Assembly (NCBI GenBank): GCA_026026165.1
Contig: JAPEUD010000037.1
Location: 62,001 to 126,000, forward strand
Length of the DNA: 64,000 nt
Origin: Sarea resinae
Lineage: Eukaryota
Direction: 5' to 3'
Shown in pieces: positions 51,887-64,000 of this stretch. Below the pieces are notes generated by a model. It did no database searches and had not been told where the DNA came from. It worked only from the letters and a program-made list of their open reading frames with translations. The stretch's first letter is position 1. Each line of letters begins with the position of its first letter. The position numbers and the translations under genes are program-made.

Positions 51887-52660
51887 TGGGATCGTTGCGC
51901 CTAGGCTCGGAACAGATAAACGGAGTCGGATATGGTGGTTTTCGGGGTGGATTTCTGATTGCATGGTTGTCCCTTGGCAGGCGAAATGGAAAGGGACTGG
52001 CGTTTGGAGCCTTTCTAGATTTTCTATCTTCTTCGGGACCATAATATATACCATCACCCTCACCATGCCTGCAACGATGCCCAGTAGGCAAGCTCACTCG
52101 GAAACGCTGGATTCTGTCTTACCCCTTTCCGTTTCTTAGACCGTTCAGTGTACCTGGCAACGCTTCAGCATGTCAATGTCTACCAGGGAGTGCGGCGGGA
52201 AGATGGAAGGGTAGCTAGGGAATGGCAGAAAAATCAATACCAGAACCCGACACCAGGCACATGTCAATCCACAGGAAGGGCATGACTGATGGCTATCCGA
52301 GAGGAATCACACATAGTACAGTCTGGCAATGTAGCCTTCGAATTCTCTTCTACCTCCTTCAATTGAGTCAACTAGTATCATGATCAACTCAAGCCATTCA
52401 AGCAACAAACGAAATATCATTCATCTCCGGTTTTCTACCACGCCACACCACATTATTCTCCCTCGTAGTCCCTAGGAGCCCGTAATAATCCCAGGCAATA
52501 CCAATATCGGATACGATAGGAACGCATTTGCCCTCATTCGCCGCTGTTCGCCAACAGCAGACAAAAAGATATCATACCCAGTGATAGACGCTATCGATAA
52601 TGTCTGCCCAATTTTTTCTGCCCTTGGCTCTCCCACCGCCCTCCTTACCCCCGAAACTCC

Positions 52661-52689
52661 TAAAACTTCTAAAACTTCTAAAACTTCTA
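52661..52689. repeat. 9-bp tandem repeat (TAAAACTTC)x3
   Basis: taaaacttctaaaacttctaaaacttcta. Confidence 0.85.
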
Positions 52690-53206
52690 CCAAGTCCCCT
52701 CCTAAAATACCTACAACTTGATCAATCCTTGATTTGAGCACGTCAATTGTTGACGACAAGACTTGGGGAACGCCACAAAGGACATATAAAATCAAGATGT
52801 CGGAAGAAAAATATAAAAAAAGCTGCATGGACCAGTAGGGCCTTCAGAGGCGAAATTTTCGACTTCCAGAGACGAATTTCCGGCTAATCGAAAGAACGGA
52901 CCATGAGGTCTCAAGTTTGATCGCATCCGGTGGATCGAGCCCTTTGAATTGATGTGTCTCCTTCATTGCGGGCATTCCATAGTAGTTTCCGTGCACTCTT
53001 GGTCTTATAAGAATAAAGAAAAGCCTGAAATGAGCCGTGTCATCCCAATAGGAGCGTAATTTTGTGTCCACTGTCGACCGGCTTCTTAGTCGACCAGTAT
53101 TGTCGACGATGTCTGAGGAAATACTCGTCATCCTTCGTTGCAAACCTATATTGCAGCACAACAGAAGAAATAGAAATCATATGGAAATCATCCATCAGAT
53201 CTGCGG

Positions 53207-55613
53207 TCAAAAAGTTCCCGTGGAAGAGTTTTCCGAAATTTCCTTTTTCCTTCGCATCTCACGCATTGACCTCTTCTTCTTGTCTAGTTTCTTCTTCGTC
53301 ACGGGTGCCACGCTGTGGTCACTTAGAGGTTCAAGGTCGGCGCTCTCCGATCCTCCATAATCCTCAGAGCTAGTGAATCCCAAACCAGGAGTACTCATTT
53401 GGAGATGTTGCAGATGCGGGGCTTCGTTTGACAGAGCTCGACGAAGAAAACGCTTGATCTCCGGAATATCCTCGTTGCCGAGCCCGGTCCCTCTTCCGCT
53501 ACCAGTTGGGACATAGGCGTCAACAAAGCTGTTAGCTTTTTGAGGCTTGGGACGATGCGCGTTTACTTCACGAGTAATATCCTGTCTATCCTTTGCTTCG
53601 GCACGCAAACGAGACAAGCTCTTCTTTCTCGGAGCTTCAAATGCGCGACCCTGTGTAGATTGGGGCCTACGGCTGGAAGGTTTTGAGTGGCGCCGGCTTT
53701 TCTTTAGCTCGATGGCGGAGGCAACTTGTGCTATGGAGTTGGGAATAATGTCTAGAGAGTTCTACTTTTGACTCAGCATGTTTCAATCGAAGATGAGGTT
53801 TAGTTCTCACCATATGAATGACTATAACCGGCAGCTGGACCACGAGTAGTTTCCTGAAGTATTTAGTGAATGAGACTTAGTTCGAAGTGTATTACCTACG
53901 AGAATGAAGAGCTGACAAAGACATTGAGGAAATACCGGACCTCAAAATATCTGCCTGTAAACCGTCAGCCTTTATTGGGGATCATCATTATTTTCCAATT
54001 GCCAACCTGGTTTCACTGTGGCATGCCCTCTAGGAACTTCCAATTCGCAGGTTCGGGTGTCAGTGGTATGAGGGTCGATGCCGCTCCAGCCGGCACTTCC
54101 GCGCTTGATAACCACTCTGCTGACCACTTCTTTCTCGAGATGATCAGACGTACGCATATGGCTGGTGGATCGTCCAAGAGTAGCTGCCGGTGACTGCAAT
54201 TGCGATTCCTTGTTAGATATTGCTTTACGTGATGGGAATCGACTCGCCGCACAAAGCTTACGCATTTGTAGACTAAGATGATCCTCTCAAGTTGAGCTTC
54301 TAGTCTCTTGATAGCTTTCTCACTATGATTTGCGACGTGAACGTCGACAAAAAGACTGGTACCGCTCACCCAGACTTGACGATGTAAACCGGCAGTCAGC
54401 TTGATCGTCTCCGCTATCTTACCTCGTCGAGCGCTACATTCATCCGAGGCGGTCAACGGACTCGGCAATGAGACCAGTGCCTTTTCAGCTATCATGAGAG
54501 CGTCAGAAGTTGCTGGTACGAACATTGGTGATAAAACTTACGGTCAAAAACGGATAGGATCGAGATGTCATGAGATTCCCTGACAATATATTGCTTGTCG
54601 ACGTCCTTGATAAGCATCGTAGCACAAAGAATATATCGGATCTTCGCATGCCTTGAATTGAAGGGCGCAGGGCCCACATTGAGGGGTAGACTCATGCGAA
54701 AGGCTAAAGTGACCTTGGATGGGGCAAGAAGCCAAAAAGGATCATTCAGCGACAGTGGCGTGGTAGAAGCAAGCATGATACTGGGCGGCGGGTGGTCAAT
54801 GTCGATAAGCTCATTAGCCAACGACATGAAAATTGACCTCTTCAAGCTCGATATTTCTTCTACCCCAAGTATATCCACGGATAGTCTTGAGATCGATAAT
54901 TGTCTATGTTTTCGAGCTCGCTCACGAATTCCCTCATCGATGAGAATGTCAACTTTACCTTCCACCGTGCCCCCGCCCATAAAAAGCGAGGCCGGTATAC
55001 GCACGCTTACGCGTGCCCGCGGATGACGATGTTGTGGCGCATCGAGAATGTCCTTTGGAGGGGCGAGCCTGACGAAGGTCCTGGACGGAATCTTTCGAGC
55101 ACTCTCAGAAGACACAGGCTCATTTCTGGCGGCAGCTGCCCTCACAGGAGAGCGAGAAGGACCGTGATTTGGGATCGTCAGGCCCAAGCTTTTTGGTGGC
55201 GGAGCCAGTATTGGTTGATACTTGTGGTGGGAAGAGTTGCTTGACTCCCTTCGCAACAGAGTGGAAGACCTGCGCGGTGGAATGCTTTCTAACGGCAGGC
55301 TGGACGAGCTCGTATTCTTTGGGCTGTCGAGTGGAAATCTGGTTCCAAGATTACCATTTGTCGAACTTTCCTTCAACCCCCCTGGTCGTTCTGATTCTGA
55401 AGCCTTTGACAGACGTCTTGGATTAGATTCGAAAGATGTGCGTCCGCGAATAGCCTCTAACAAACTAGGTTCGGTATCTTCACGGATATCTGAGAGGGGT
55501 CTAGGGGCTAATCTCGAGTGAGCTGTTGAAGGACGAATGATGTCTGTGTTGAGGCTAAAATTCTCTTGATTCAAGTCTAGTTGAGGAGGGAGATCAATGG
55601 AATGGCGTCTCAT
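53207..55613 (-). CDS. Arrestin-domain protein with long disordered N-terminus, five exons
   Basis: LFMGGGTVEGKV, ISRLSVDILGVEE, F..SLPLNVGPAPFNSRHAKIRY, VFD|PEKALVSLPSPLTA, LHRQVWVSG, GRYFEVRYFLNV, VQLPVIVIHM|NSLDIIPN, joined by GT-AG introns. Confidence 0.8.
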
Positions 55614-58467
55614 CTCCGATTTGTCTGTGTCTGGTTAGTGATGCTCAACAGTTCAACTCAGCACCCGGATGCGATGCTCCATCTCTTGTTCGTTGGTCTG
55701 CATCATAAGCAGTCTAGTGGGGCAGCTCACCCAGCGAGCGCAACGACCTATGAAAATGGGATATGGGATCGAGTATTTGATCGATGTGTGACTCGAAGCT
55801 CAGAGGATGACTTCGCAGCTTCGTAGAAATCTCAAGTCAGAGAGTCCCTCAAAAGACAACAAGTCAGATCTCCAGACATACTGGAAGTATTGGAAAATCC
55901 ATCGACGATCATCTGTATCTGTCAAGGTTTGATGCTCTTTCGATGTAGTCTTCTCACCTCGACTACCGGAAGAATAATGAACGGATAGGACGAATCCGTC
56001 CCTAGAGAACCATGAAAAAAGTGTCTGAGAAAAGAAGAGGACCACTGCAAGAAGGTTCCTCGTTCTCGCTATACGAGAACACGAGGCTGTCAAGAGCTCC
56101 TTCCAGTACTCCATCCCCTCTTTGAGGCAAGTAAGGTAAGATAGGTTCTGGCAATGCTGGGAAGCACTTGCACCATTGAATCTCACGAGCAGAACATCGT
56201 CAGGAGGCATACATATCATCGTCATCTCTTCTCTTTCGATTTCAGAAACTGACTCCATTCATCTCGGTAGAATCCTAAGATACACGAATCTTGAGGATGA
56301 TAGAACGCATCGATGAGCTATCCCTAACGATTCCCGAGCAGACTCTCAATGTTGACGGAAGACTCTCCAGGCCATGGCAACCTTCGAGGACACGTTTGGA
56401 GGGACCTACACACTCTCGAGTATCTCCAGCTACCTAGTACGCAGTAGTACTCCGGAGTACTTCGTAGACGAAGGCAATTAAGATGAAGCACGAAAATCAT
56501 CATGCACGTACGACAGAAGGAGAAGTAAGGCTTTGCTGGCAAGATCAGGCCAGGCAGCACTATGCTACTCCTAGTGGCACAGATGCAGATCCATCAATCT
56601 TCATCATCTGAGATCCAATTTAATATTGCGGTGAAATCATGTCCCAGGCTGAGAGCAGTTTAACGGGCTGGCCCCCAGGATTGTGCCTCTGTGCATGGTG
56701 ATTTGTCGTACTAGTACTTGTTCCGTAGTTGGAGCCCCTCGGCTAGAAAAGTGCCTGTACAGATCTATTCCGGAGTAGCTACATACCTACCTATTCGTAG
56801 TGCAATGGGGAATCACTGTATTGGCCACGGCACGAGAGGGGCAGGGTTGGCCAAGTGTGACATGGTCACACCATCAGCTTCATGCATAAAACCCACGGAG
56901 CGATCTACAGTACAGGCCGGAGCTGTTCGAAGGAACTCATACGATGAACCTCACATGAGACGGAGTTGATTCCGCGGAAAATCAGACTACCACCTTGGAC
57001 GACAGTACTCTCCACCGTCCGCGAGGCATTGTCCTGTCCCAAGTCAAGTAGATTGTGATAGTGATGCAAACAAACGAGGCTCCAGCTCTCCTGCAAACCA
57101 AATTACAATATCTCGAGAAACTCCGGGTTTTCCCTTCGGATCCCCATGTGGATAGCGTGCTTATGCATCTTGCTCGTTCGTGCCAGTGCCGCTCCTGTGC
57201 CTGACCGCCTCGTGTTCGACATGGAATAGCGTAAGACAATGTGCCAAGCTGAAGCCAATGGAGTGGAAGTGCCGAGCGGCCAAGACATGCCAAGGACGGG
57301 GAGGTATGGAAGACTTGTCTCTATTGCGCGTGTCGGCAGCGGAAACGCGTACTGTCTACCTCTACCTTATTCTCCTCGCCCCTCGCAGCCCGCGGAGAAC
57401 CAGAATATTCTACGCCTTCTGAAGCGACTCCGGCCCTCCACCGGTGCTCGCCTCGACCTCGGACAACAGCTTAGATTGGCTACTATCTCCGCTTCCGGAC
57501 AAGTTTTCCCAACTTTTTCCACCCTGAACCCCTCCATGACCCTCCATGACCCATCACCCACATCACACACCTCATCCCTCCATGATGGATCTCTGATCCC
57601 ATTCTTCCTCCGCCTCCGGCTCCTCTTGGACCTTCCTTCTGCCTTCCACCAGCACTCTAGAGTGCTCCGAGTACCCTGAAGTTCCCACACTTCCCACACT
57701 TTCCCACACGCTTTCAGCCGCTATCCAATGACATGCAGCCTTACCCTCTTTTTTAGCCCTCTCGTGCCCTGTCAATCTGGAAATCTTTGGCGCCTCCCCG
57801 AGAGGGGTCGAAGGCCCTCTTAGCCGTCCAGCGGAATCCTTCGTGGCTTCTTCGAAGGTGGTCCCGCCCCCCCATCCCCTCGTGCAAGAAGCTTCGATCC
57901 AACCCTGAAATGCAACTGAGAAAATTTTACGTGGTGGCTCATCCCAGTCCTATATACTCAAAGAGGTGTGGTGAAACAACGCATGGGCTTCTTTGGCTTC
58001 TTGGAGAGTTCATGCATCGTCATCCTCCTGTATTAGAGAGAGCCATTTTCTTAGGGACTGTCGGCTCTGCCCTATGCCATTAACTGTTTGGGAATTGAGC
58101 CAGGCGTACCTACCATCCTATCATCGAGTGCAGCCGTTTTTACCGGTCACGCTAGTATTGCCTACAGCGTGACTCGAATCCGCCATATTATTATTCCTTT
58201 GCTCCCCTCATCTTTCCATCGCTCACATCTTTCATTTCTATTACGATATATCTTACCTCACAGCAACACAGATCCAAAAAGCATCCCTTCCCGTGTCAAC
58301 GGGAGATTGACAAGACGTGCCGCGCTAAGCGCTTGACCTAGGACACAAGCAAGTAGGATCATCCATTACACGCGCGTCCCATTCGTCAGGCACGCCGCTT
58401 GACACATCTTCCCGCAGTGGCTCCGTTGCTGTATCGCGACAGCCGCGACTCTGACGGCTTCGACGAC

Positions 58468-59865
58468 ATGGGCGACACAGGCCTTCAAGACATGACCTCG
58501 GTGACCAAAATCGAACACTCACGAGAGGGCTCAAGCAGTTCCATCGCCTCAACTCCCGAGCTTGCAGATCCCGATACGATAGCGCATGGAAATGCGCAGA
58601 CACAAAAGCGCAAAGGTGGCCGGAAGCCAGTGAGTACTATGGACCGGAAATTATAGGAATCAAAAGTAACAATTATCAAGATATACGCAACATCTGAGGA
58701 GAGAAAGCAACGAAACAGGCAAGCTCAAGCTGCTTTCAGGGAACGTCGTACAGAGTATATCAAGCAGTTAGAGACGACCATCAAGCACCATGAGGAGACA
58801 TTACAGAACCTGCAGCAAAGTCACCGGAGTGCGGCCGATGAGTGTCTTATGCTCAGATACAAGAATTCATTACTTGAGCGCATACTCCTTGAGAAAGGTA
58901 AGATCATTTCAAAACTATGGACGACCATGACTGACATGCAACCTAGGCATCGACGTTCAAGCAGAGCTCCATGCTAAGACTGGTAGTCCTCACTTAGGAC
59001 CAACTCATGCTCCACAAGGCCCAGTCTCTCAGCCTCCACCAATCCAGCGTGCTATCATGAACAGACATCATCAAGCTCGTCGGTCAACTGCTGGCATCGC
59101 CCCCAAAATGGAACTTGGCAATGCCAATCCTCAAACACCCCGCGAAGGCCCTTTCTCAAGTCACTCTCCGCAATTGCAGCCTACTCCTCCCTCCCATACT
59201 TCTTCTCCGACTACAGTAACATCACCTGGGTACTCGGCACCCGGGGGGATGTCTCCATCAGGCTCAGAGCTCCTATCGCAGCCCAGATCGCAGCCACATA
59301 GGGCTTTGAACCCAACACAGATTCCCATACAAGCAGTAGCTCCAAGGCTATCTGCTCCACGAGGCTTGGAACCTAGTCGGAATGGTGCTGGCGGATACTA
59401 TCCATCACCATTTCAGAATCATATAGATCAACTCGGCAAGCTGACCCGCCCCCTCCTTTCCATTTTCTTATGAAAGAGCTATGTTCGTCCTAGATTGATT
59501 CCGTGAGTACAGAACAGGAGTACGACGCCCAAGCCGATATGGTCGATGATGACCCGAGCGATGCCTCCAGCGGGCCCGGTCCGTATCCGCATATTATGCA
59601 GCAGCAGCAACAGCAGCAGCAACAACAACAAATACCGCCTGGTGCTGCTCACCCGATGGCTCGTCCAGGACAGCAGCAGCCAGTCCCACGATCCACACCG
59701 CAGCAGCAATCAGCAAACTCTAGCGATGGCAATGGTCCCGTCTTCGGTGCAATGACTCAATTATTTGACCCCTATGATCAAACTTTCGATGCCGATCCCT
59801 TCGGCCTCTCTGCCAGCATGCACTTGCCCACTCACTTCTCATTTGAGACTAGTTCTATGAGGTAA
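58468..59865 (+). CDS. bZIP transcription factor (Ada1/Zif1/Fcr3-like)
   Basis: KRKGGRKP|IYATSEERKQRNRQAQAAFRERRTEYIKQLE basic region and zipper; two GT-AG introns and a GC-AG intron 59436-59512; poly-Q tract. The subfamily name is from memory. Confidence 0.9.
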
Positions 59866-60703
59866 TACCTAGGGTAGAATGTGTTCTTCTAGCATAGCAT
59901 CTGCTTTTGGCACTCTCACCTTATCACTTGTATTCTAGTTGGACTCGGGCACAGGCGTTGCGCGATCGGGTGGCCTGTCTGGCGTTGTGCTTTCATCATT
60001 GTACGGTCTATTCTTTCCTTCTCGGCATCATTGTAGGCGCTGTTGAATACTGCATGATCTCGGGCGTCGCCCTTCTAAGGGATCCTGGGAAGGTGGCATG
60101 GGCTCGGCATAGGCGGATCATGATAGGGCAAGGGGGAAAAGTTCTGTCGTTTGAATGAATGTCATCTCTTATCCTGATTCTGGTTCTGAGTCCATGGTTG
60201 GCTTACTGGCAACCGTCACTCATGATTGAAGATCCATCTACCTAAGCGTGCCCGGGCGATCACGAACTGGGTACTTGTCGAACTGGCCGGACATGATCAT
60301 CTCACAGCCCCCGGCAACAATTCTCAGCAATGTGATTGTAGCCATCATCATCGTTTCCATCGCTATCATCATCATCATTCTCATCCCTATCATCTCGTCG
60401 TAAACCCTAAGAGCGTGGTGGCTCGAGGGTAGGTGAGACTGCTTCTTCGGCTAAAATTAGCCGAGCTATTCCTGTGTGCGTGTGTGCGTCCGTTGTGTCG
60501 TCTAGTCGAGTCTTGTCTCAGTGTCCACTACCAAGTATTAGCGAGACCAACCCAGCCCATTTGCTTTCTGCATCGACCCGACTCCACTTAGGGAACGACA
60601 GGATGCGATCATAGTACTCTCCTCGCCCTCAACATCAATTTCTCTGCACCGAGCTTTTGAACAGCAGAGAGGCCTTCCAGAGGCACTCGCCCAAGCCAGC
60701 ATC

Positions 60704-61940
60704 ATGTCTGGCGGCATCGTTTCGAAGGTAAGCCATTCACCTCATTCCCATGACGTTGGCTGTTTACTATCACATTCATCGCTCCGAATCCTTTCACGAA
60801 AGTCGATGGCTAATTGCTGTCGTTTAGAATCTCTACGAGCTTCTCGGTATGACCAGACTGTCAATTGACTGCGTCTCCGTCGATTCTAATCTGTCGCTCT
60901 AGGGAATGATCCTGAGCAAGACCCGGAGCGGGCGGAGCCTCAACCACCAACCACTGCGGTCGAGAAGCCTATTGCCAGGACCGGACGACGCAATGCTCCG
61001 GCTGACGCCCCAGCTGCCTCGAGACCAGCTGCCGGTGCACGAGGTGGACGCCAAGACTCCGCAACTGGCAATGAGCGAGGTTTGTTTTAGATGTGGCACA
61101 TAAGTTCGTCTCTGATATCAAATAGCCTTCCAGGACCGCTCCGCTGGCAGCGTGAACAACCGTGGCAAGCCCGTTGATGATAGTGTTCGGTTCGATCGTC
61201 ACTCTGACCGCCTTGGAGGTGGTCGCGTTCAGCAACGTGGACGGGGTGGTCGTGGCCGAGGTGGTGACCGTCACAGCCGCACCAACCATGCGTAAGACAC
61301 TTCTCATTATTTACATATATGTACTCAAAGCTAATATGATCCAAGTGATACTGAGAAGCAGACCGCTCAAGGATGGGGCGCTCAAAAGGGCGACAGCGAG
61401 TGGAACGACGAAAAGGCGGGAGAGGCTATCGCCAAGGCAGAGGAGAAGGAGGGTGATGCCGTGGTCCCAGCCGCCGTTGATGCAGAGGGACGCACTCCCG
61501 CCGAGGATGCCGAGCAAGAGCCAGAAGACAAGAGCAAATCCTACGCCGAGTACCTCGCCGAGCTGGCCCAGAAGCGACTGAACCTAAGCGTGCCCGAGGC
61601 CCGGGAACCCAGCGAGGGAAAGCAGGACAACAAGTTCAAGGAGGTCAAGCGGGCTGAGGAGGAAGAGGCCTACATCGCAGGCGCTGGCGGCAAGCACCGC
61701 AAGGAAAAGACCCGCAACAAGAAGAACTATCTCGACGTTGACCTGACGGCCGAGACTCCTCGTGGTGGACGTGAGGGTGGTCGCGGTGGCCGTGGCGGCC
61801 GAGGCGATTTCCGAGGTGGAGACCGTGGCCGTGGTGGTCGCGGTCGTGGCGACAGTGTCCGCGGTGGTGGCCGTGGTGGCCGAGGCGGTGCCAACGTCAA
61901 CGTCACCGACCCCAACGCTTTCCCTAGCCTAGGCGCATAG
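60704..61940 (+). CDS. STM1: Stm1 / SERBP1-HABP4 family ribosome-associated RGG protein
   Basis: MSGGIVSK|NLYELL|GNDPE N-terminus, DRHSRT, KSYAEYLAE, RGG repeats, C-terminal NAFPSLGA; includes a 19-nt microexon 60828-60846. Confidence 0.92.
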
Positions 61941-62928
61941 TCGCGGGATGTCGTCTGTCTCATAAGCAGCTCCATCCCTCCCCTTTCTACCATGTTGTTT
62001 TTTCCATCCTCCGTTCGACTCCTGTGAGCCAGGAGGGGAGGGATTGATGGACCGAATGAAGCTAGAGGGGATATAAAAAGGGGAGAGAGACAAATATCAG
62101 AAGTCCATGAATCGAATCAAATCAATTCACTTAGTTCGGATCTCTTTTTTTTTTTTTCCAAAGCTCGTTGTTCGCGAGTCGGAGCTTCTACCTCATAAAA
62201 AAACGTTCCAATGTCATAATCATAACTCTATGAACTCTGTGCAGATGAACAGTGGTTCCGGAAACGCAGGGTAATTTTCTATAAGTCTTCCCATCGGAAA
62301 TTCAGTTGTGATCTCGAAAGGTAGGAAGGAAGATCAGTGATACGTCCATCTAAACGCTAGCCCTTTGCATTGTACGAATACTTTTGGAATCACTTCTTAG
62401 AGCGGCAGCATACGATTAAAGCTACTTGATGTAATCATAATAATAATCATCGTCTGGCTAAACTGTTCTTGTTGTGTACACACCTTACATGAATAATAAA
62501 TATATCGCGTTCCGGAATATTTCAACATGCATTTTGATCGAAAATAGATGGAACGAGGGGAGGAAGTATGGATGGATGGATAGATAGATAGGTTTCATGA
62601 TCAGGACAATATATCAAGCGGTGTTTCTTTCTATACCTACTGCCAGATCGGAGATCTCTGTGTAGTCTGTAGCAGGTAGGTGCTTTGCGAATACAGCTTG
62701 AGGGTAAAGTAGTGTGATCGATCTATATGCTGGGCCTACCTATATATTTACATATATGCAGGTAGGTAGATAGGTAGATAGGGCGAGACTGACGGCCATA
62801 CTGCTGAGGGGATTTGTTGGAAGATAGGGGGCTTCAGAGAGAAGGGGAAGAGAAAAGAGAAGGAGATGAAGGGAGAGATGACACTAGGGTTTTTATAGCT
62901 GTTTACATACAATATGTAAGATGCTGAT

Positions 62929-62966
<38 letters not shown>

Positions 62967-63153
62967 ACGGGGGAGGGGATGGGGAGGGGGTAAAGAGGGT
63001 ATATATTTGATTCCATTCCGACAAAGACCCGCGGCGTTGCTTAGCACTCAGCCTGAACCGGCATCGCCGAAAACCCAAGAAAGAATATACCAAAGAAAAG
63101 AAAAGAAGTTGCACAATTGCAATTCCGTGGATCCTATGCTCACATGCAACTGA

Positions 63154-64000
63154 TTATTCCCTTTGATCCATGCCTCCCTCGTGCTCCTGCTGGTGTGATT
63201 GCACAGGCGTAGCGCCCAATACCCAGCCTAGCCCGCTCGCCAACCCCCCCGTCACCATGTTCGAGACCACGTCTCTCTTCCTGACCCGGCCTCCACCCTC
63301 GGCGGCTACGAAACTGCCTGCATCGCTACCGGCACTCGCCGTACTGGCGGTTCTGTTGTGCTGCTGCTGTTGCTGCTGTGCTGTGATATCGAACCCTGGC
63401 CCCGCTCCAGTGCGCCTCGTCCCCCGTCCAGCCCCGCCTGCTCTCGTTTCCTTTGTAGAGGAGACAGCAACACCATGAAGCGGAAAGGCAGACCTGGAAA
63501 GGGCCGCGGCGGCGCCTCTAGCAACATCAAAAAGACCCATAGGCGCCTCCTCACCCTTGCTGGCATGTCCGAACTGCCGTCCACCTCGGCGCGCTAGACT
63601 GGTATAATCGTCCTCTTGAAGCATCATACCACCTCCGACGAAGCCGCCGGGGATAGCCGAGGCACGTTTCTTATTCGCGCCGCGGTCATCCCAGGAGGTC
63701 TCTTCCGCGCTTTCCTGCGCCAGGAGGACGGATAGCTCTTCTTCGCATCTGCGCCATGCTGCTAGGATCTCCGAGAGCGCGGCAGGCGGGGCAATGAGGA
63801 GCGATTGCGAGAGAAGATCCATGCGCTTCTGAAGGCGTTGTAGCGAGGCGCTTGTAGCGGTTGTGGTCGTTGCGGCGGACGTAGCGGCATGGGCTGATTT
63901 GCCTAGGCGGTGACGGCCGGCTTGGAAGGCAGCACGCCACGAGATGTCATCTTGATCGGTGGGCGGACTGGGTTGGAGCGCCTGAGAAGATGCAGGCGAG
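63154..64000 (-). CDS. SEC39: Sec39-domain protein (Dsl1 complex), C-terminal part only
   Basis: RMDLLSQSLLIAPPAALSEILAAWRRCEEEL, EEAPMGLFDVARGA and RVRKRD...GLASGLGWVLGA, recalled as the C-terminus of filamentous-fungal Sec39; ORF open to the window end. Confidence 0.75.
   Translation of the reverse strand, partial: SPASSQALQPSPPTDQDDISWRAAFQAGRHRLGKSAHAATSAATTTTATSASLQRLQKRMDLLSQSLLIAPPAALSEILAAWRRCEEELSVLLAQESAEETSWDDRGANKKRASAIPGGFVGGGMMLQEDDYTSLARRGGRQFGHASKGEEAPMGLFDVARGAAAALSRSAFPLHGVAVSSTKETRAGGAGRGTRRTGAGPGFDITAQQQQQQHNRTASTASAGSDAGSFVAAEGGGRVRKRDVVSNMVTGGLASGLGWVLGATPVQSHQQEHEGGMDQRE

Noticed and set aside
55800..56258. 152-aa ORF upstream of the arrestin gene
   Set aside because: No recognisable domain, codon bias or splice link to the arrestin.
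1..64000. Secondary-metabolite cluster, CRISPR array or transposon
   Set aside because: No PKS, NRPS or terpene backbone gene, no repeat-spacer array, and no transposase, reverse transcriptase, LTR or TIR signatures seen.

Overview
Gene-dense window from a filamentous ascomycete (Pezizomycotina), judged from short GT-AG introns with CTRAC branch sites and fungus-type genes; the species cannot be determined. It carries 19 protein-coding genes, mostly housekeeping: GRR1 (partial), an acyl-CoA synthetase with a PTS2-like signal, RPL16/uL13, a MAPEG protein, a basic low-complexity protein, branchpoint-binding protein BBP/SF1 (MSL5), a GST, an SLS1-like protein, a divergent KARI-like protein, EFR3, a Zn2Cys6 factor, a DHA1 MFS transporter, MOT1, an Ark1/Prk1 kinase, MED10, an arrestin-like protein, a bZIP factor, STM1 and SEC39 (partial). 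There is one decayed esterase pseudogene and many microsatellites. I found no tRNA, rRNA, CRISPR array or recognisable transposon. The best lead is the 180-nt intron inside the KH domain of the BBP/SF1 gene: five CTAAC branchpoint-like motifs (BBP's own ligand), a hairpin, and two competing 3' splice sites 21 nt apart, one of which introduces an in-frame stop. This looks like an autoregulatory splicing switch. Other leads are a membrane-anchored KARI N-domain-only pseudoenzyme, a possible fungal NuSAP-like protein, a weak GC-AG intron that switches the bZIP C-terminus, and alternative MOT1 first exons. All identifications come from motif recognition by eye; no searches were run.
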